A DNA stretch of 64,000 nucleotides from Escherichia phage phi92, in sequence record NC_023693.1, one strand, 5' to 3'. Shown one piece after another: positions 1 through 9,585 of this stretch. Every line of letters starts with the position of its first letter. Within the stretch, counting starts at the first letter, position 1. A program made the position numbers and the translations under genes. Under the pieces are notes generated by a model. That model saw only the letters and a list, made by a program, of their open reading frames with translations. It ran no database searches and was not told where the DNA came from.

Positions 1-342
1 GTTGCGTCTTCTGGTACGCGAGATGATATCATTGATATGTTCGCTCGTTTTACAGGAACAGAAAAAGAAACGATCAATACATACGTTGGATTAAATAAAA
101 CATTCGACGTATTCTTTTATAATTTGTGTCTACAATCCGATCAGGCAGTAGCACAGTTACTTAACGTTTTCCCGATCCTAAGTAGTTATCGCTTAGGTGC
201 GAAAGCGGGTGCAGCCTTTGGTTTCACTTCCTATTATGCCACAACTCCACCTCATGGTATAGGTGGTTTAGGTTCTCTTTACACAGAGGCTGAAGGAGAT
301 GATACAGGGCGAATGACTATGCTGATAGCTCAAATAGAATAA
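1..342 (+). CDS. C-terminal part of a protein whose start lies upstream of the window (probable virion/tail-module protein)
   Basis: Frame is open from position 1 to the stop at 340-342; lies directly upstream of tail-fibre genes; no motif recognised. Confidence 0.35.
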   Translation, partial: VASSGTRDDIIDMFARFTGTEKETINTYVGLNKTFDVFFYNLCLQSDQAVAQLLNVFPILSSYRLGAKAGAAFGFTSYYATTPPHGIGGLGSLYTEAEGDDTGRMTMLIAQIE

Positions 343-355
343 GGAGTTACTCTTA

Positions 356-1336
356 ATGGCAAAGCCACAATACTACCCTGACTGGGCGACACAAACAGTA
401 ACCCTCCCAGGAACGGGAAACACAAACAAGATTAGACCAAAAGAAACCATCCGTAATGTTGGTATGGACTTTGGTCAGATTATGACTTGTGAAGAAATGA
501 ACTGGATCTTAAACAATATTGGGTCTTGGATTCGCTATATGCAAGATGAATTCTTCCCAACATTGCCTACTACATATCTTCCTATAGTCGGTACTAAAAT
601 TACAATGGCAGGTGATGCTACAGGTGAAGTTACATGGAATGGTAATGCTGCTGTAACATTATCTATTCAAGTAGTAGATAACAGCCATAATCACTTATCA
701 GCTAACATTACAGACGCAACATCAAACCAAGTTGTAGGGAATGTCCTTGTTAAGCGTGATAATGGTGGTGCTATCTATGCAGGTGATATTTACACTTGTG
801 GTACAGGTGCTACAGATCCTGCAACATTATTCTTTAGAAACTACAACGGACAAACAGTAGGTAATATGTCCTCTGAACCAGGTGCAGGTGGTCAACTCTA
901 TATTTATAGAATAAACCCATCAACTGGAGGAACATCTTGTGCAGTCCGTTTATATGATGCAGGTTATGTTTTAATAGACAATCCTCGTTCTAATTCTGGT
1001 CAAGATACTGGTAATGGTAATGCTCTTGTAAGATTAGATTATCTTAACTCAAGACTAAACTCATTGCAAAGTACACTGCAAAATAATATTAACAACGTTA
1101 ATAGCAACTTGCAAGGCCAAATTAATAACATTAACAATAGAGTTTCTTCTGTTGTGTCTTCTATCCGTCTAGGTACACGTATTAAAGCTGGTGTGTCTGA
1201 GTCTCGTTTCTATGCTGGTCACGTGATCACAGGTTGGGGTTTTGGTGACAAGAAAGAACTTCGTGGTGCTTGGTATTGGTCTGCTCCGCTACAATATTAC
1301 ATTAATGGTAGGTGGATAACAGTAACCAACGTTTAG
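356..1336 (+). CDS. tail fibre protein
   Basis: RBS aaggag upstream; N/Q/S-rich heptad segment NSRLNSLQSTLQNNINNVNSNLQGQINNINNR typical of fibre coiled coils; followed by a Tfa-like chaperone gene. Confidence 0.55.
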   Translation: MAKPQYYPDWATQTVTLPGTGNTNKIRPKETIRNVGMDFGQIMTCEEMNWILNNIGSWIRYMQDEFFPTLPTTYLPIVGTKITMAGDATGEVTWNGNAAVTLSIQVVDNSHNHLSANITDATSNQVVGNVLVKRDNGGAIYAGDIYTCGTGATDPATLFFRNYNGQTVGNMSSEPGAGGQLYIYRINPSTGGTSCAVRLYDAGYVLIDNPRSNSGQDTGNGNALVRLDYLNSRLNSLQSTLQNNINNVNSNLQGQINNINNRVSSVVSSIRLGTRIKAGVSESRFYAGHVITGWGFGDKKELRGAWYWSAPLQYYINGRWITVTNV

Positions 1337-1348
1337 TAAGGAGAACAC

Positions 1349-1900
1349 ATGAAAAAAGATGTTATTTACACTGGCTTTGAACTATATCAACCAGAATTGA
1401 CAGAAGAAAATGTCATCTATCTTTCAATAGGTGCTGGTTTTCTTAAAGATAAAGATGGTAATGATTGGTACGAAATTCAGAAATATTTATCCAAAAATTA
1501 CCCTGATGCCTATTTCTTAACTCTAGATCACAACAATGTAGTTGTTGCAGCTACGAAAGATGTTTCTACATATTTTCCCGCTGGTCTTACTGTTCTTGTA
1601 ACATACAATGTTCCAGATAAAATAGAAGAAGAAAGCAACCTAGGGTCGTGGAGATATGACAATGGTAAGTTTATTTCTCATAATGGGTTTGCAATAGAAG
1701 ATGCCAACCTTAAGATGGAAAAAGAATTAACTTGGGCCACAAATCAAATATCTGCAATTCAAGATTTAGAGGAATTACAAGGTTTATCTGAAGAACAAAA
1801 AGATTGGTTAGGAAAAGTTAAACTATATCGTGCAACACTGATTCAAATTAACGTTGAAGATGCACCTAATATAACTTGGCCTACAAGACCTAAGAAATAG
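1349..1900 (+). CDS. tail fibre assembly chaperone (Tfa-like)
   Basis: C-terminus WLGKVKLYRATLIQINVEDAPNITWPTRP resembles the conserved tail-fibre-assembly C-terminal signature; RBS aaggag. Confidence 0.5.
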   Translation: MKKDVIYTGFELYQPELTEENVIYLSIGAGFLKDKDGNDWYEIQKYLSKNYPDAYFLTLDHNNVVVAATKDVSTYFPAGLTVLVTYNVPDKIEEESNLGSWRYDNGKFISHNGFAIEDANLKMEKELTWATNQISAIQDLEELQGLSEEQKDWLGKVKLYRATLIQINVEDAPNITWPTRPKK

Positions 1901-1909
1901 GGGTAATGT

Positions 1910-2251
1910 ATGGAGCTAACAGAAGTATGGGATATCGCTAAAGAGGCGATTATCCCTCTTATTGGTGTAATCTGGGTGGTCTTCAAACAGAAGATAGATG
2001 ATATAGCAAGTGATTTGGATAAAATGGAAGACAAATACCGCGAACTAGAAAAGAAGTTGGTGTTTGTTGAATCCACTTATGCTACCAAAGCAGAACTTGC
2101 TCAAATGCTTAACCAGATCAACTCTACATTAATGGCAAATAATACTGCCTTAGAACAGAAGATTGAAAAAATAATGGATTTAAAAAATGCTCCTGTTCAA
2201 TTAATGCTAGAGGAGATTACGAAGCGCACACAAAGTAAGGACAAAAATTAA
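1910..2251 (+). CDS. small membrane-anchored coiled-coil protein, function unknown
   Basis: 113 aa ORF; hydrophobic segment IIPLIGVIWVVF then charged helical region. Confidence 0.35.
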   Translation: MELTEVWDIAKEAIIPLIGVIWVVFKQKIDDIASDLDKMEDKYRELEKKLVFVESTYATKAELAQMLNQINSTLMANNTALEQKIEKIMDLKNAPVQLMLEEITKRTQSKDKN

Positions 2252-4665
2252 TGGCGAATTTTCCAACATATCCTGCTACGACACTAGAACAAGGTGTTGA
2301 TCTGGTTATATTCTCGTCTAACCAGATGCATGATGTTATTAATGGGGATGCTACAGCAACTGTAGAAACCGAAACAGGTTTAATACCTACACTGCGTAAA
2401 GCACTTGTTGATAACTTCTTCTTTAAGAGTCCTGTTGCTTGGTCAGCAGGATCAACTGAAACTGTATTTAACCAGTTACGTTATTTTGAAAACGGTATCT
2501 TGAGTGGGTACTATTATGCCCCATCTGCCACTACTGCGAACCCTGTACCTATGCAGGGCACACCTGTAGGGGACAGTAACTGGACTCTGTACGCTCTTAA
2601 AACTGAACAGTTAGCTTCAGATGTGTATCCTTGGTATTTTAAAGGTGCTACAGGATATGAAACAGAAATCAGTCCTCCTTATATCTTTGATAATGCTATT
2701 GTCACCATTAACGGTGTAATTCAGATTCAAGGTGAAGCATTTACTATCAAAGATAGTAAAATTATTCTGGCAGAACCATTAGGTTTAGATCCGTCTACTG
2801 GTCTACCTAACAAATTGTTTGCTTTTATTGGTAAAACAACAGCCTCTACTTCTTACGTAGAGAAAAACCTTTTGTCATCTACCACTGGTGCAGCAATGGT
2901 TGGTCTTCCATCTGGAGGCAACCTGTTACAAGCTCAATACTTTGTAACGCCTGAGCAGTTTGGTGCAATTGGTGATGGAGTTACCGATGATACTCAAGCA
3001 ATTTTAAAAACTATTACTTTCGCTAACACGAATAACATTCAAGTACGTGCAGATAAGAATTATAGATTCACAAGCTCAATTGCTATGTCTGGTGTTCGTT
3101 GGTATGGTGGTACATTCACTGGTAACGGTGGAACAATGATTTCTACTGTGTCCTGTTGGATGGAAAACGTTCGCTTTGAAAAATGTTATGTTAAGATGTT
3201 AGGTGGTGATTGCCGATTCTATCGTAATATCTTCTCCAACGCAACATCTACAGCAGCATTCTTAATGCAAGCAATGACAAGTGAAGGTACGTTGGACTTC
3301 AGTTACAACGAAATGTATGGTTGTAAATATGCGATCCTGCAACAAGGTACTGGAGAAGTAATGACCTATGGGCGTTACTCTAACAACTATATTCACGATA
3401 TCAAAGGTGATGCTATTGAACTTAACGTAGTTCAAAAACACTACACTGAAGGTTTGATTATCGAGAATAACCACATTGCTAACGTAGATGCTTCTGGACA
3501 AGGTGCAAACTGGGGTATTGGTATTGGTGTAGCAGGTAGTGGCCCATATGGTGTTGATGTTCCTGATTCACAATATGTACGTAACTTCAGTATCGTTGGG
3601 AATAGGGTTTACAATTGCCGTCAATGTCTACACGTTGAAATGGGTAAAAACTTCACGATACGTGATAATGAAGTTTATCCTAACACAGCAGTTTCAACAG
3701 GTACAGGTTTAACTACTTGTGGTGTTGCATTATACGGATGCCAAGATTTTGAAGTTGATGGTTTAACTGGTTATCTGCTTAATGATCCATCTGTTTCAAC
3801 ACGCATGGTCTTTATTGACTGGGGTGTTAACAATGGTAGATATGCGGGGCCACCAATTAACTTTACAATTAAGAATTTGGATATTCCAGAATCTTCAATT
3901 GAGATTGCAACATCTGGATCAGATGCCTGGGAAAACTCTACAATTGTTAGTAATATCAATTGTAATGTTTTTAAATGGCGTGGGCTACCATCTAGCTCTA
4001 CCTTTAATAATATTCGTTGCCGTAGTATTGACTTTATTGGTCAACACGGAAGCGGAGAAGGAAGTGGTGGCGGTTTCTATACTCGCAGCCAATTCACGTA
4101 TATGAAGTGGGTAGGATGTACAGCACTTAGCGGAGATGAAACAACAGTTTCTTTTGCTAAAATCTACACTGATCGTTGCGATCAGGTTGGAAATAACTTT
4201 GGTGTTCCAACTGCTGTTGATGGTACAGGTCATCGTGGGCCAGTTTTAACTACTATTTCTGAACAATATTTTACAGCTTATGATGAATTCCCAGGTGGGC
4301 GTGAATTCCCTACTGGAACAGTTATTCATTGTGCAAGCGGTAAAAAACATGTTGTTACAGTAGGTGGTGCTTTCTTTAGTGACAACGAGAAAATAAAAGC
4401 AACTGTTACAGGTCAAACCTATCTACAGTCTAATGCTTTAAACTGGGCTAGTAATGGCTACGCTAAAGCAGCAGGTACTAAGATTGTTATTCCAGGTGCA
4501 GGTGCAAATGGCGGCGATCTTGTGACAACTATAGCACGTGCTACATACGTGACAAATAGTTTGTACACAATAGATATTGCAGATCCAATTGTAACACCTA
4601 CAGCAGAGAATACACAAATTAAAGCTCTGAATCCTGTTACTTTTGTTACTGTCAATAATGCTTAA
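2251..4665 (+). CDS. tailspike / depolymerase with pectate-lyase-like beta-helix
   Basis: 804 aa; motif FGAIGDGVTDDTQAI typical of pectate-lyase-fold tailspikes; repetitive G/N/T/V-rich beta-strand segments. Confidence 0.65.
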   Translation: MANFPTYPATTLEQGVDLVIFSSNQMHDVINGDATATVETETGLIPTLRKALVDNFFFKSPVAWSAGSTETVFNQLRYFENGILSGYYYAPSATTANPVPMQGTPVGDSNWTLYALKTEQLASDVYPWYFKGATGYETEISPPYIFDNAIVTINGVIQIQGEAFTIKDSKIILAEPLGLDPSTGLPNKLFAFIGKTTASTSYVEKNLLSSTTGAAMVGLPSGGNLLQAQYFVTPEQFGAIGDGVTDDTQAILKTITFANTNNIQVRADKNYRFTSSIAMSGVRWYGGTFTGNGGTMISTVSCWMENVRFEKCYVKMLGGDCRFYRNIFSNATSTAAFLMQAMTSEGTLDFSYNEMYGCKYAILQQGTGEVMTYGRYSNNYIHDIKGDAIELNVVQKHYTEGLIIENNHIANVDASGQGANWGIGIGVAGSGPYGVDVPDSQYVRNFSIVGNRVYNCRQCLHVEMGKNFTIRDNEVYPNTAVSTGTGLTTCGVALYGCQDFEVDGLTGYLLNDPSVSTRMVFIDWGVNNGRYAGPPINFTIKNLDIPESSIEIATSGSDAWENSTIVSNINCNVFKWRGLPSSSTFNNIRCRSIDFIGQHGSGEGSGGGFYTRSQFTYMKWVGCTALSGDETTVSFAKIYTDRCDQVGNNFGVPTAVDGTGHRGPVLTTISEQYFTAYDEFPGGREFPTGTVIHCASGKKHVVTVGGAFFSDNEKIKATVTGQTYLQSNALNWASNGYAKAAGTKIVIPGAGANGGDLVTTIARATYVTNSLYTIDIADPIVTPTAENTQIKALNPVTFVTVNNA

Positions 4666-4672
4666 TTAAAAA

Positions 4673-4690
4673 GGGGCGAAAGCCCCTTTA
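4673..4690 (+). terminator. rho-independent terminator hairpin
   Basis: GGGGC-GAAA-GCCCC followed by TTTA, immediately after tailspike stop. Confidence 0.5.
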
Positions 4691-4706
4691 TAAAAGGAGT
4701 AGTAAA

Positions 4707-6668
4707 GTGATTTTAACACGTCCAAATAGTGCCATTGCAGACATGGTAGAGTCTCGCTATAGAAAGCGTAGAAGTTTTGCAAGTGGTTTTACCTTAAGAG
4801 ATGCTCGTGAAGCATTGCTCTTTGAAACTGACGGTAACTACTATCAGTGGAAAGGTTCTCTACCTAAAGTTGTACCTGCTAACTCTACTCCTACATCTAC
4901 TGGAGGGATTTCAGATACAGCTTGGAAAAATGTGGGTAATGCAGATGACATTGCTCAAATAGAATCAGAATTAGATGCTATTGAAGCTGAAATTGAAGAT
5001 CTTAGAGAATCCATCCCAGAAGCTGGTAAATCAGCTTACCAAATTGCCGTAGACAATGGTTTCCAAGGTACTGAGACACAGTGGTTGGCTTCTTTAAAAG
5101 GTGATCCAGGTGCTCCATTAAAGCTACTAGGGACGCTATCTAATACCAACCAATTACCTACAACTGGAAACAATGCAGGGGATGCATGGATTGTAGGCGA
5201 GAATATGTATGCTTGGGATGGTACTGCTTGGAGAAAAGTAAACTCACAGGGGCCAGAAGGTAAATCTGCTTATGAAGTATGGCTTGCAGCAGGAAACGAA
5301 GGTACAGAACTAGATTATCTTGCCGCAATTAAAGGTGATAAAGGGGAGCCTGGCCCAGAGGGGCCACAAGGTGTGCCAGGTAATAATGCTAATGGTTTTG
5401 ATTACCAAGGCGCAGCTAATTCCGTTTCAGATCTTCCTTCTGCATCTCCTGGAAACACATCTCAAGCATGGAGTATTGGTACATATCTATACGTGTCAAA
5501 CGGTGTAGAATGGATCAATATGGGCGCTATAGTGGGGCCAAAAGGAGATAAAGGCGACAAAGGAGATAAGGGTAACACTGGTGATTCAGCTTATCAAGTC
5601 TGGTTAAATGCTGGTAACGTTGGTACTATTGACGAATATATTGCCTCTCTGAAAGGAGAAAAAGGTGATAAGGGAGACAAGGGTGATCAAGGTGCACAGG
5701 GTATACAAGGCTTGACGGGGCCAACTGGTGCAGGGTTGACCATTATTGACATTCTGACTAGCACTTCTGAACTACCACAAACTGGAGAAGATGGTGATGG
5801 TTATCTGATCAATAATGAACTTTGGGTCTGGTTGCAAGGAGCCACAGAGTGGACAAATGTTGGTCGTTTAGCTGGTACTCCAATCACTGCAAAAGGATAC
5901 GTTGCGTCTGCAAGTGCACTTCCTCCTACAGCCAATTACGGTGATGCTTATCTGACGGAAGATACAGGTCATCTTTACATTTACACCTATGATGAACAAA
6001 CTCAAACTGCTGAATATGTAGATATGGGTAGTTTGAAAGGTGATAAGGGTGAAAAAGGTGACGCTGGTACTAACGGTACAGACGGTGCAACTTGGATTGT
6101 TAAAACAACAGATCCAATCTCTAGTGATGGTAAACAAGGTGATTATGCCTTTAATATCTCCACTGGCGAGGTGTTCTTAAAAACATCTGCAACTATCTGG
6201 ACTTCTCAAGGTACACTACCTAGTATCACAGATGCACCTAGTGATGGTAAGACTTATGCTCGTAAAGATGGAGCATGGGAAGAACTCACTAATTCTGTAG
6301 ATGGTCAAGATATAGTTCCAACAAAAGTAACAACTAATTTTATAGAGGTTACAGCATATACTAACAATTCTGTTACAGGGGACTGGACACCTCCAGGAAC
6401 ACATAACATGAATGTGTTGAATCTTACTGGTAACTCTACTATAAAAGCATGGCCTGGTGTCGAAGATAGCACAAAACCTAAACCATTCTCTGCAATAGTT
6501 TATCTTATCCAAGATGCCACTGGAGGTCGTACTGTTACTTTAGATCCATCTTACAAAGTAATTGGTTCCAGTGATATTAATACAGATCCTAACGGAGTAA
6601 CAATACTACAACTAACATATTGTGGTGTTGGCGATTACGTGGATGCTATTGTTGCTAAACGCACATAA
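4707..6668 (+). CDS. tail fibre with collagen-like G-X-Y repeats
   Basis: 653 aa; runs GDKGEPGPEGPQGVPG and GPKGDKGDKGDKGNTGD and GEKGDKGDKGDQGAQGIQGLTGPTG; RBS aaggag. Confidence 0.6.
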   Translation: MILTRPNSAIADMVESRYRKRRSFASGFTLRDAREALLFETDGNYYQWKGSLPKVVPANSTPTSTGGISDTAWKNVGNADDIAQIESELDAIEAEIEDLRESIPEAGKSAYQIAVDNGFQGTETQWLASLKGDPGAPLKLLGTLSNTNQLPTTGNNAGDAWIVGENMYAWDGTAWRKVNSQGPEGKSAYEVWLAAGNEGTELDYLAAIKGDKGEPGPEGPQGVPGNNANGFDYQGAANSVSDLPSASPGNTSQAWSIGTYLYVSNGVEWINMGAIVGPKGDKGDKGDKGNTGDSAYQVWLNAGNVGTIDEYIASLKGEKGDKGDKGDQGAQGIQGLTGPTGAGLTIIDILTSTSELPQTGEDGDGYLINNELWVWLQGATEWTNVGRLAGTPITAKGYVASASALPPTANYGDAYLTEDTGHLYIYTYDEQTQTAEYVDMGSLKGDKGEKGDAGTNGTDGATWIVKTTDPISSDGKQGDYAFNISTGEVFLKTSATIWTSQGTLPSITDAPSDGKTYARKDGAWEELTNSVDGQDIVPTKVTTNFIEVTAYTNNSVTGDWTPPGTHNMNVLNLTGNSTIKAWPGVEDSTKPKPFSAIVYLIQDATGGRTVTLDPSYKVIGSSDINTDPNGVTILQLTYCGVGDYVDAIVAKRT

Positions 6669-6672
6669 TCAA

Positions 6673-6697
6673 AGCCCCTTCGGGGGCTTATTATTTA
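6673..6697 (+). terminator. rho-independent terminator hairpin
   Basis: AAGCCCC-TTCG-GGGGCTT followed by a T-rich run after the fibre gene. Confidence 0.5.
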
Positions 6698-6707
6698 AGG
6701 AGATTAA

Positions 6708-7316
6708 ATGTATCCTATTCCTTTATTTATGTCAACAACATCAGCTTCAGTAGTAACAGCTACATCTATAACTACTTCCTCTATTGGTATTGCAATAGTT
6801 GGTGGTAAAAAACAACTGACATACACAGTTACACCGGAAGATGGTGCATTATTTGATATAGCTTTTTCATCTTCAGATAATACCAAAATGGTTATAGATA
6901 ATAGTGGTATGATGGAGTTTGTTGCCGAAGGTGGTTTTGATGCAATAATGACAGCTAAAAATAATTTAGGTGCTGTCTTAACTGATCAATCTGGTGGCTA
7001 TGCTTCAGAATTAAGTGTGTACACTGAAAGTCTATCGGCTATGGATGTAGGCACTACTCAACAGTTGGTTGCTACAATCAGTCCAGAAGGTGCTAAAGAC
7101 CTTCCAGATATGGTAATTACATACACCACAACAGATCCAGAAGTAGCTACTGTAAGCCCTACAGGGTTAATAACTGCTCTTAAAGATGGCGGTTGCCGTA
7201 TAGGTTGTACTGCAACGTATCAAGGAACAGTTGTGGCCTCTGATAGGTCTTATTTAGGTGTTAATGCTATTCCTGTTATTTCTAATGTAACAGCCGTATC
7301 TTTAATAACTCAATAG
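6708..7316 (+). CDS. Ig-like (Big_2-type) domain protein
   Basis: 202 aa; T/S/V-rich beta-sandwich-like sequence with ...VATVSPTGLITALKDGGCRIGCTATYQG resembling bacterial Ig-like group 2 domains. Confidence 0.45.
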   Translation: MYPIPLFMSTTSASVVTATSITTSSIGIAIVGGKKQLTYTVTPEDGALFDIAFSSSDNTKMVIDNSGMMEFVAEGGFDAIMTAKNNLGAVLTDQSGGYASELSVYTESLSAMDVGTTQQLVATISPEGAKDLPDMVITYTTTDPEVATVSPTGLITALKDGGCRIGCTATYQGTVVASDRSYLGVNAIPVISNVTAVSLITQ

Positions 7317-8370
7317 CTACAGATGATTCGTTCATTAAAGAAGTTATTGTCTTTGCTGGACAAGATAACGTAAATGCACACTTTACAGAACTATCTGGTG
7401 CAAATAAAGCAGCAATGAGTAGCACAACAGCCCGTAATGCATATGCTACGCAACGTGGTTTAGCAAATGCTGAAGTTCTTCCGTGTTAAATACAGCTTCT
7501 GGATCATCAGCAGCAGATAAATATGCTGACGATAAAGCTGGAACAGGTACACCAGATAACTACTGGTATGATCTGGATAACACAGCAGATGGGCCATGCT
7601 TAACTAACTTTATCACTAAAGTCACACCTTATGCAAGTAAGGTTAAAGCAATTATTTGGGGACAAGGTGAAAATGATGCTGTATCAGCATCTTCGACTGT
7701 TGCAGGTAGGTACAGTAACACTACACGTTACCATGATGCTACGATAGCTATCTTTGATAAGATGCGTACAATAGTTCCTGCTTCTCAAGCAAAAATTGTT
7801 TGGCAGATCCTAGGACGTTCTTATTTATATGGTGTAGAAGTTAATGGTGTGGATTGGCAGAAGTACAGAAATGTACAAAGAACCATCTCTACAGCACGTG
7901 ATGATGTTATCATTGGTTCTTGGGTAGATGGTGCTGAACGTTACAGTGGTTATGTTTATGAAGAAGGTATTGATGGTCGTATCCATTATATTTCTTCTGT
8001 ATACCAAACAGCAGCTACAAAACTTGCTAAATCAGCAGCAGACGGTACAGATTTAACATCAACGTCACCTGTTTGGGTTGATATGTCTGTTCCAACAGGA
8101 GGAGCCGCTGTAAGACAAGCTAACCAAGATGTAATTATCTCTTGGGAACCAGCAGGATATACTAAACATTACTTCCGAAATGTAAACGTCCTCACAGCAG
8201 CAATTCTTACAGAACAAACCCTGGATACTAACACTTACACATTTACTTATGCAGATCAGGTTGAACAATATGGATTTGCAGCAGGTACAACAGTGTTTGA
8301 TGTTGCACACTATGATGCTGATAATGACGTGTTATCACCTCTTGTCAGATTTACAGTCAATGTTACATAA
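7286..8370 (+). pseudogene. SGNH/SASA-type carbohydrate esterase, reading frame interrupted
   Basis: N-terminal block FIKEVIVFAGQDNVNAHF is in one frame (about 7286-7489, no ATG start); remainder with IIWGQGENDA continues in another frame from GTG 7483 to 8370. Confidence 0.45.
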
Positions 8371-8377
8371 ACAAAAA

Positions 8378-8402
8378 GGAGCCATTAGGCTCCTTTTCTT
8401 TT
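8378..8402. terminator. bidirectional terminator hairpin at convergent strand switch
   Basis: GGAGCC-ATTA-GGCTCC flanked by A-run and T-run; + strand genes end at 8370, - strand genes end at 8406. Confidence 0.5.
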
Positions 8403-8405
8403 ATC

Positions 8406-8837
8406 TTAATCAGTGAAAATTACGCTTACATCTTCTTTAGAGAAGAGTTTATGATCTTCACCTTTTGTCTCAAGAGTTTCATACAGATTAAGAAGTTCTG
8501 AAACGTCTTTCTCTACCAGTTTCTTCAATGTTGCAATTTTCTGTTTGCGACTCTTAATACGTTCAGCTACAACCTTACGCTGGTATCCGGCAGTACGATA
8601 ACCTGAGAAAGTTACACCAGTGAGACTTGCAGTTACAGGATCGTAGTGACGTTCAATCTGAAATTTATTAAAAGGTACAGCGTCATCACGAATAATCTTA
8701 CCGCCATTACTTACTTGACGAAGACCAGTAACTTGCTCCAGTCGTGCCATAGAAATCTTTGGAGACAGACCAGAGTCTAGGTTCATACCATTGTTAATCA
8801 GTGCTTTCAGGGTGATTTTGCTGTTCAGTGTACTCAT
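8406..8837 (-). CDS. hypothetical protein
   Basis: 143 aa ORF; strong RBS ggagga upstream of the start; start overlaps the methyltransferase 3' end by 44 nt. Confidence 0.4.
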   Translation of the reverse strand: MSTLNSKITLKALINNGMNLDSGLSPKISMARLEQVTGLRQVSNGGKIIRDDAVPFNKFQIERHYDPVTASLTGVTFSGYRTAGYQRKVVAERIKSRKQKIATLKKLVEKDVSELLNLYETLETKGEDHKLFSKEDVSVIFTD

Positions 8838-9525
8838 TTAGTCGTTCCTCCGCTTGCTTAAAAATATTTACATCGGCTTCACAGCCAAAGTATTCTCTAC
8901 CTGTTAAAAGTGCCGCAACTTGTGTTGTTGCACTTCCAGAGAAGAAGTCTAAGACTACATCTCCTTCGTTGGTGTGTATATTAATAAGGTCACAAAACAA
9001 AGTCAAGTGTTTTTGTGTTGGATGAAAACGATCTGCTCCTTGATAGATAGGATACTCAAACACACCCTTATGGTAGGAAGCATTGAAGGTTGGCTTCGAA
9101 CCTTTAACACAAACAATAGCCATCTCTTTAGCGTTACTAAGATAGTTAACACCACTGTTGATGGGTACAGGGTTTGTTTTAATCCATTCAATAGTACGGA
9201 ACATACGAAAACCAAGCGGTTCAAGGATTTCACGTAGCTCCTGGATCTTCCAGATATCATACCAAACTATGCAAGTACCACCTTTTCTAAGCACCCTGTA
9301 GGCTTCTTTGAATACTTCTTTAAAGTAAGGAATATCTACAACATCCCAATCACCAAAGTTGTAAGATACACGGAATCTATCCGTATCTTTTCCAGTCGGC
9401 TCTCCAGATTGAAAATTTGTGTCACGAGAAATAGCATATGGTGGGTCAGTAAGAATCAAATCTACACTATTGCTTTCGAGGGTTTGCAGGTAGTTTAATG
9501 CGGTGTTGTTTACAAATTCGCTCAT
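8794..9525 (-). CDS. DNA methyltransferase (N6-adenine or N4-cytosine, DPPY type)
   Basis: Motif IV LILTDPPYA precedes motif I VVLDFFSGSATT; RBS aaggag; no restriction endonuclease gene recognised nearby. Confidence 0.7.
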   Translation of the reverse strand: MSEFVNNTALNYLQTLESNSVDLILTDPPYAISRDTNFQSGEPTGKDTDRFRVSYNFGDWDVVDIPYFKEVFKEAYRVLRKGGTCIVWYDIWKIQELREILEPLGFRMFRTIEWIKTNPVPINSGVNYLSNAKEMAIVCVKGSKPTFNASYHKGVFEYPIYQGADRFHPTQKHLTLFCDLINIHTNEGDVVLDFFSGSATTQVAALLTGREYFGCEADVNIFKQAEERLNEYTEQQNHPESTD

Positions 9526-9545
9526 TATATCTCCTTCAAAGAAAA

Positions 9546-9565
9546 GGAGCCGTTAGGCTCCTTAT
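9546..9565 (-). terminator. terminator hairpin
   Basis: GGAGCC-GTTA-GGCTCC with T-rich tail on the - strand, just downstream of the SSB-like gene. Confidence 0.45.
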
Positions 9566-9585
9566 ATTCACACAATACTTAACTA

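Noticed and set aside
8406-8837. Shortening this gene to an internal Met to avoid the 44-nt overlap with the methyltransferase
   Set aside because: The full-length start has a strong ggagga RBS whereas internal Met codons do not; the overlap was kept.
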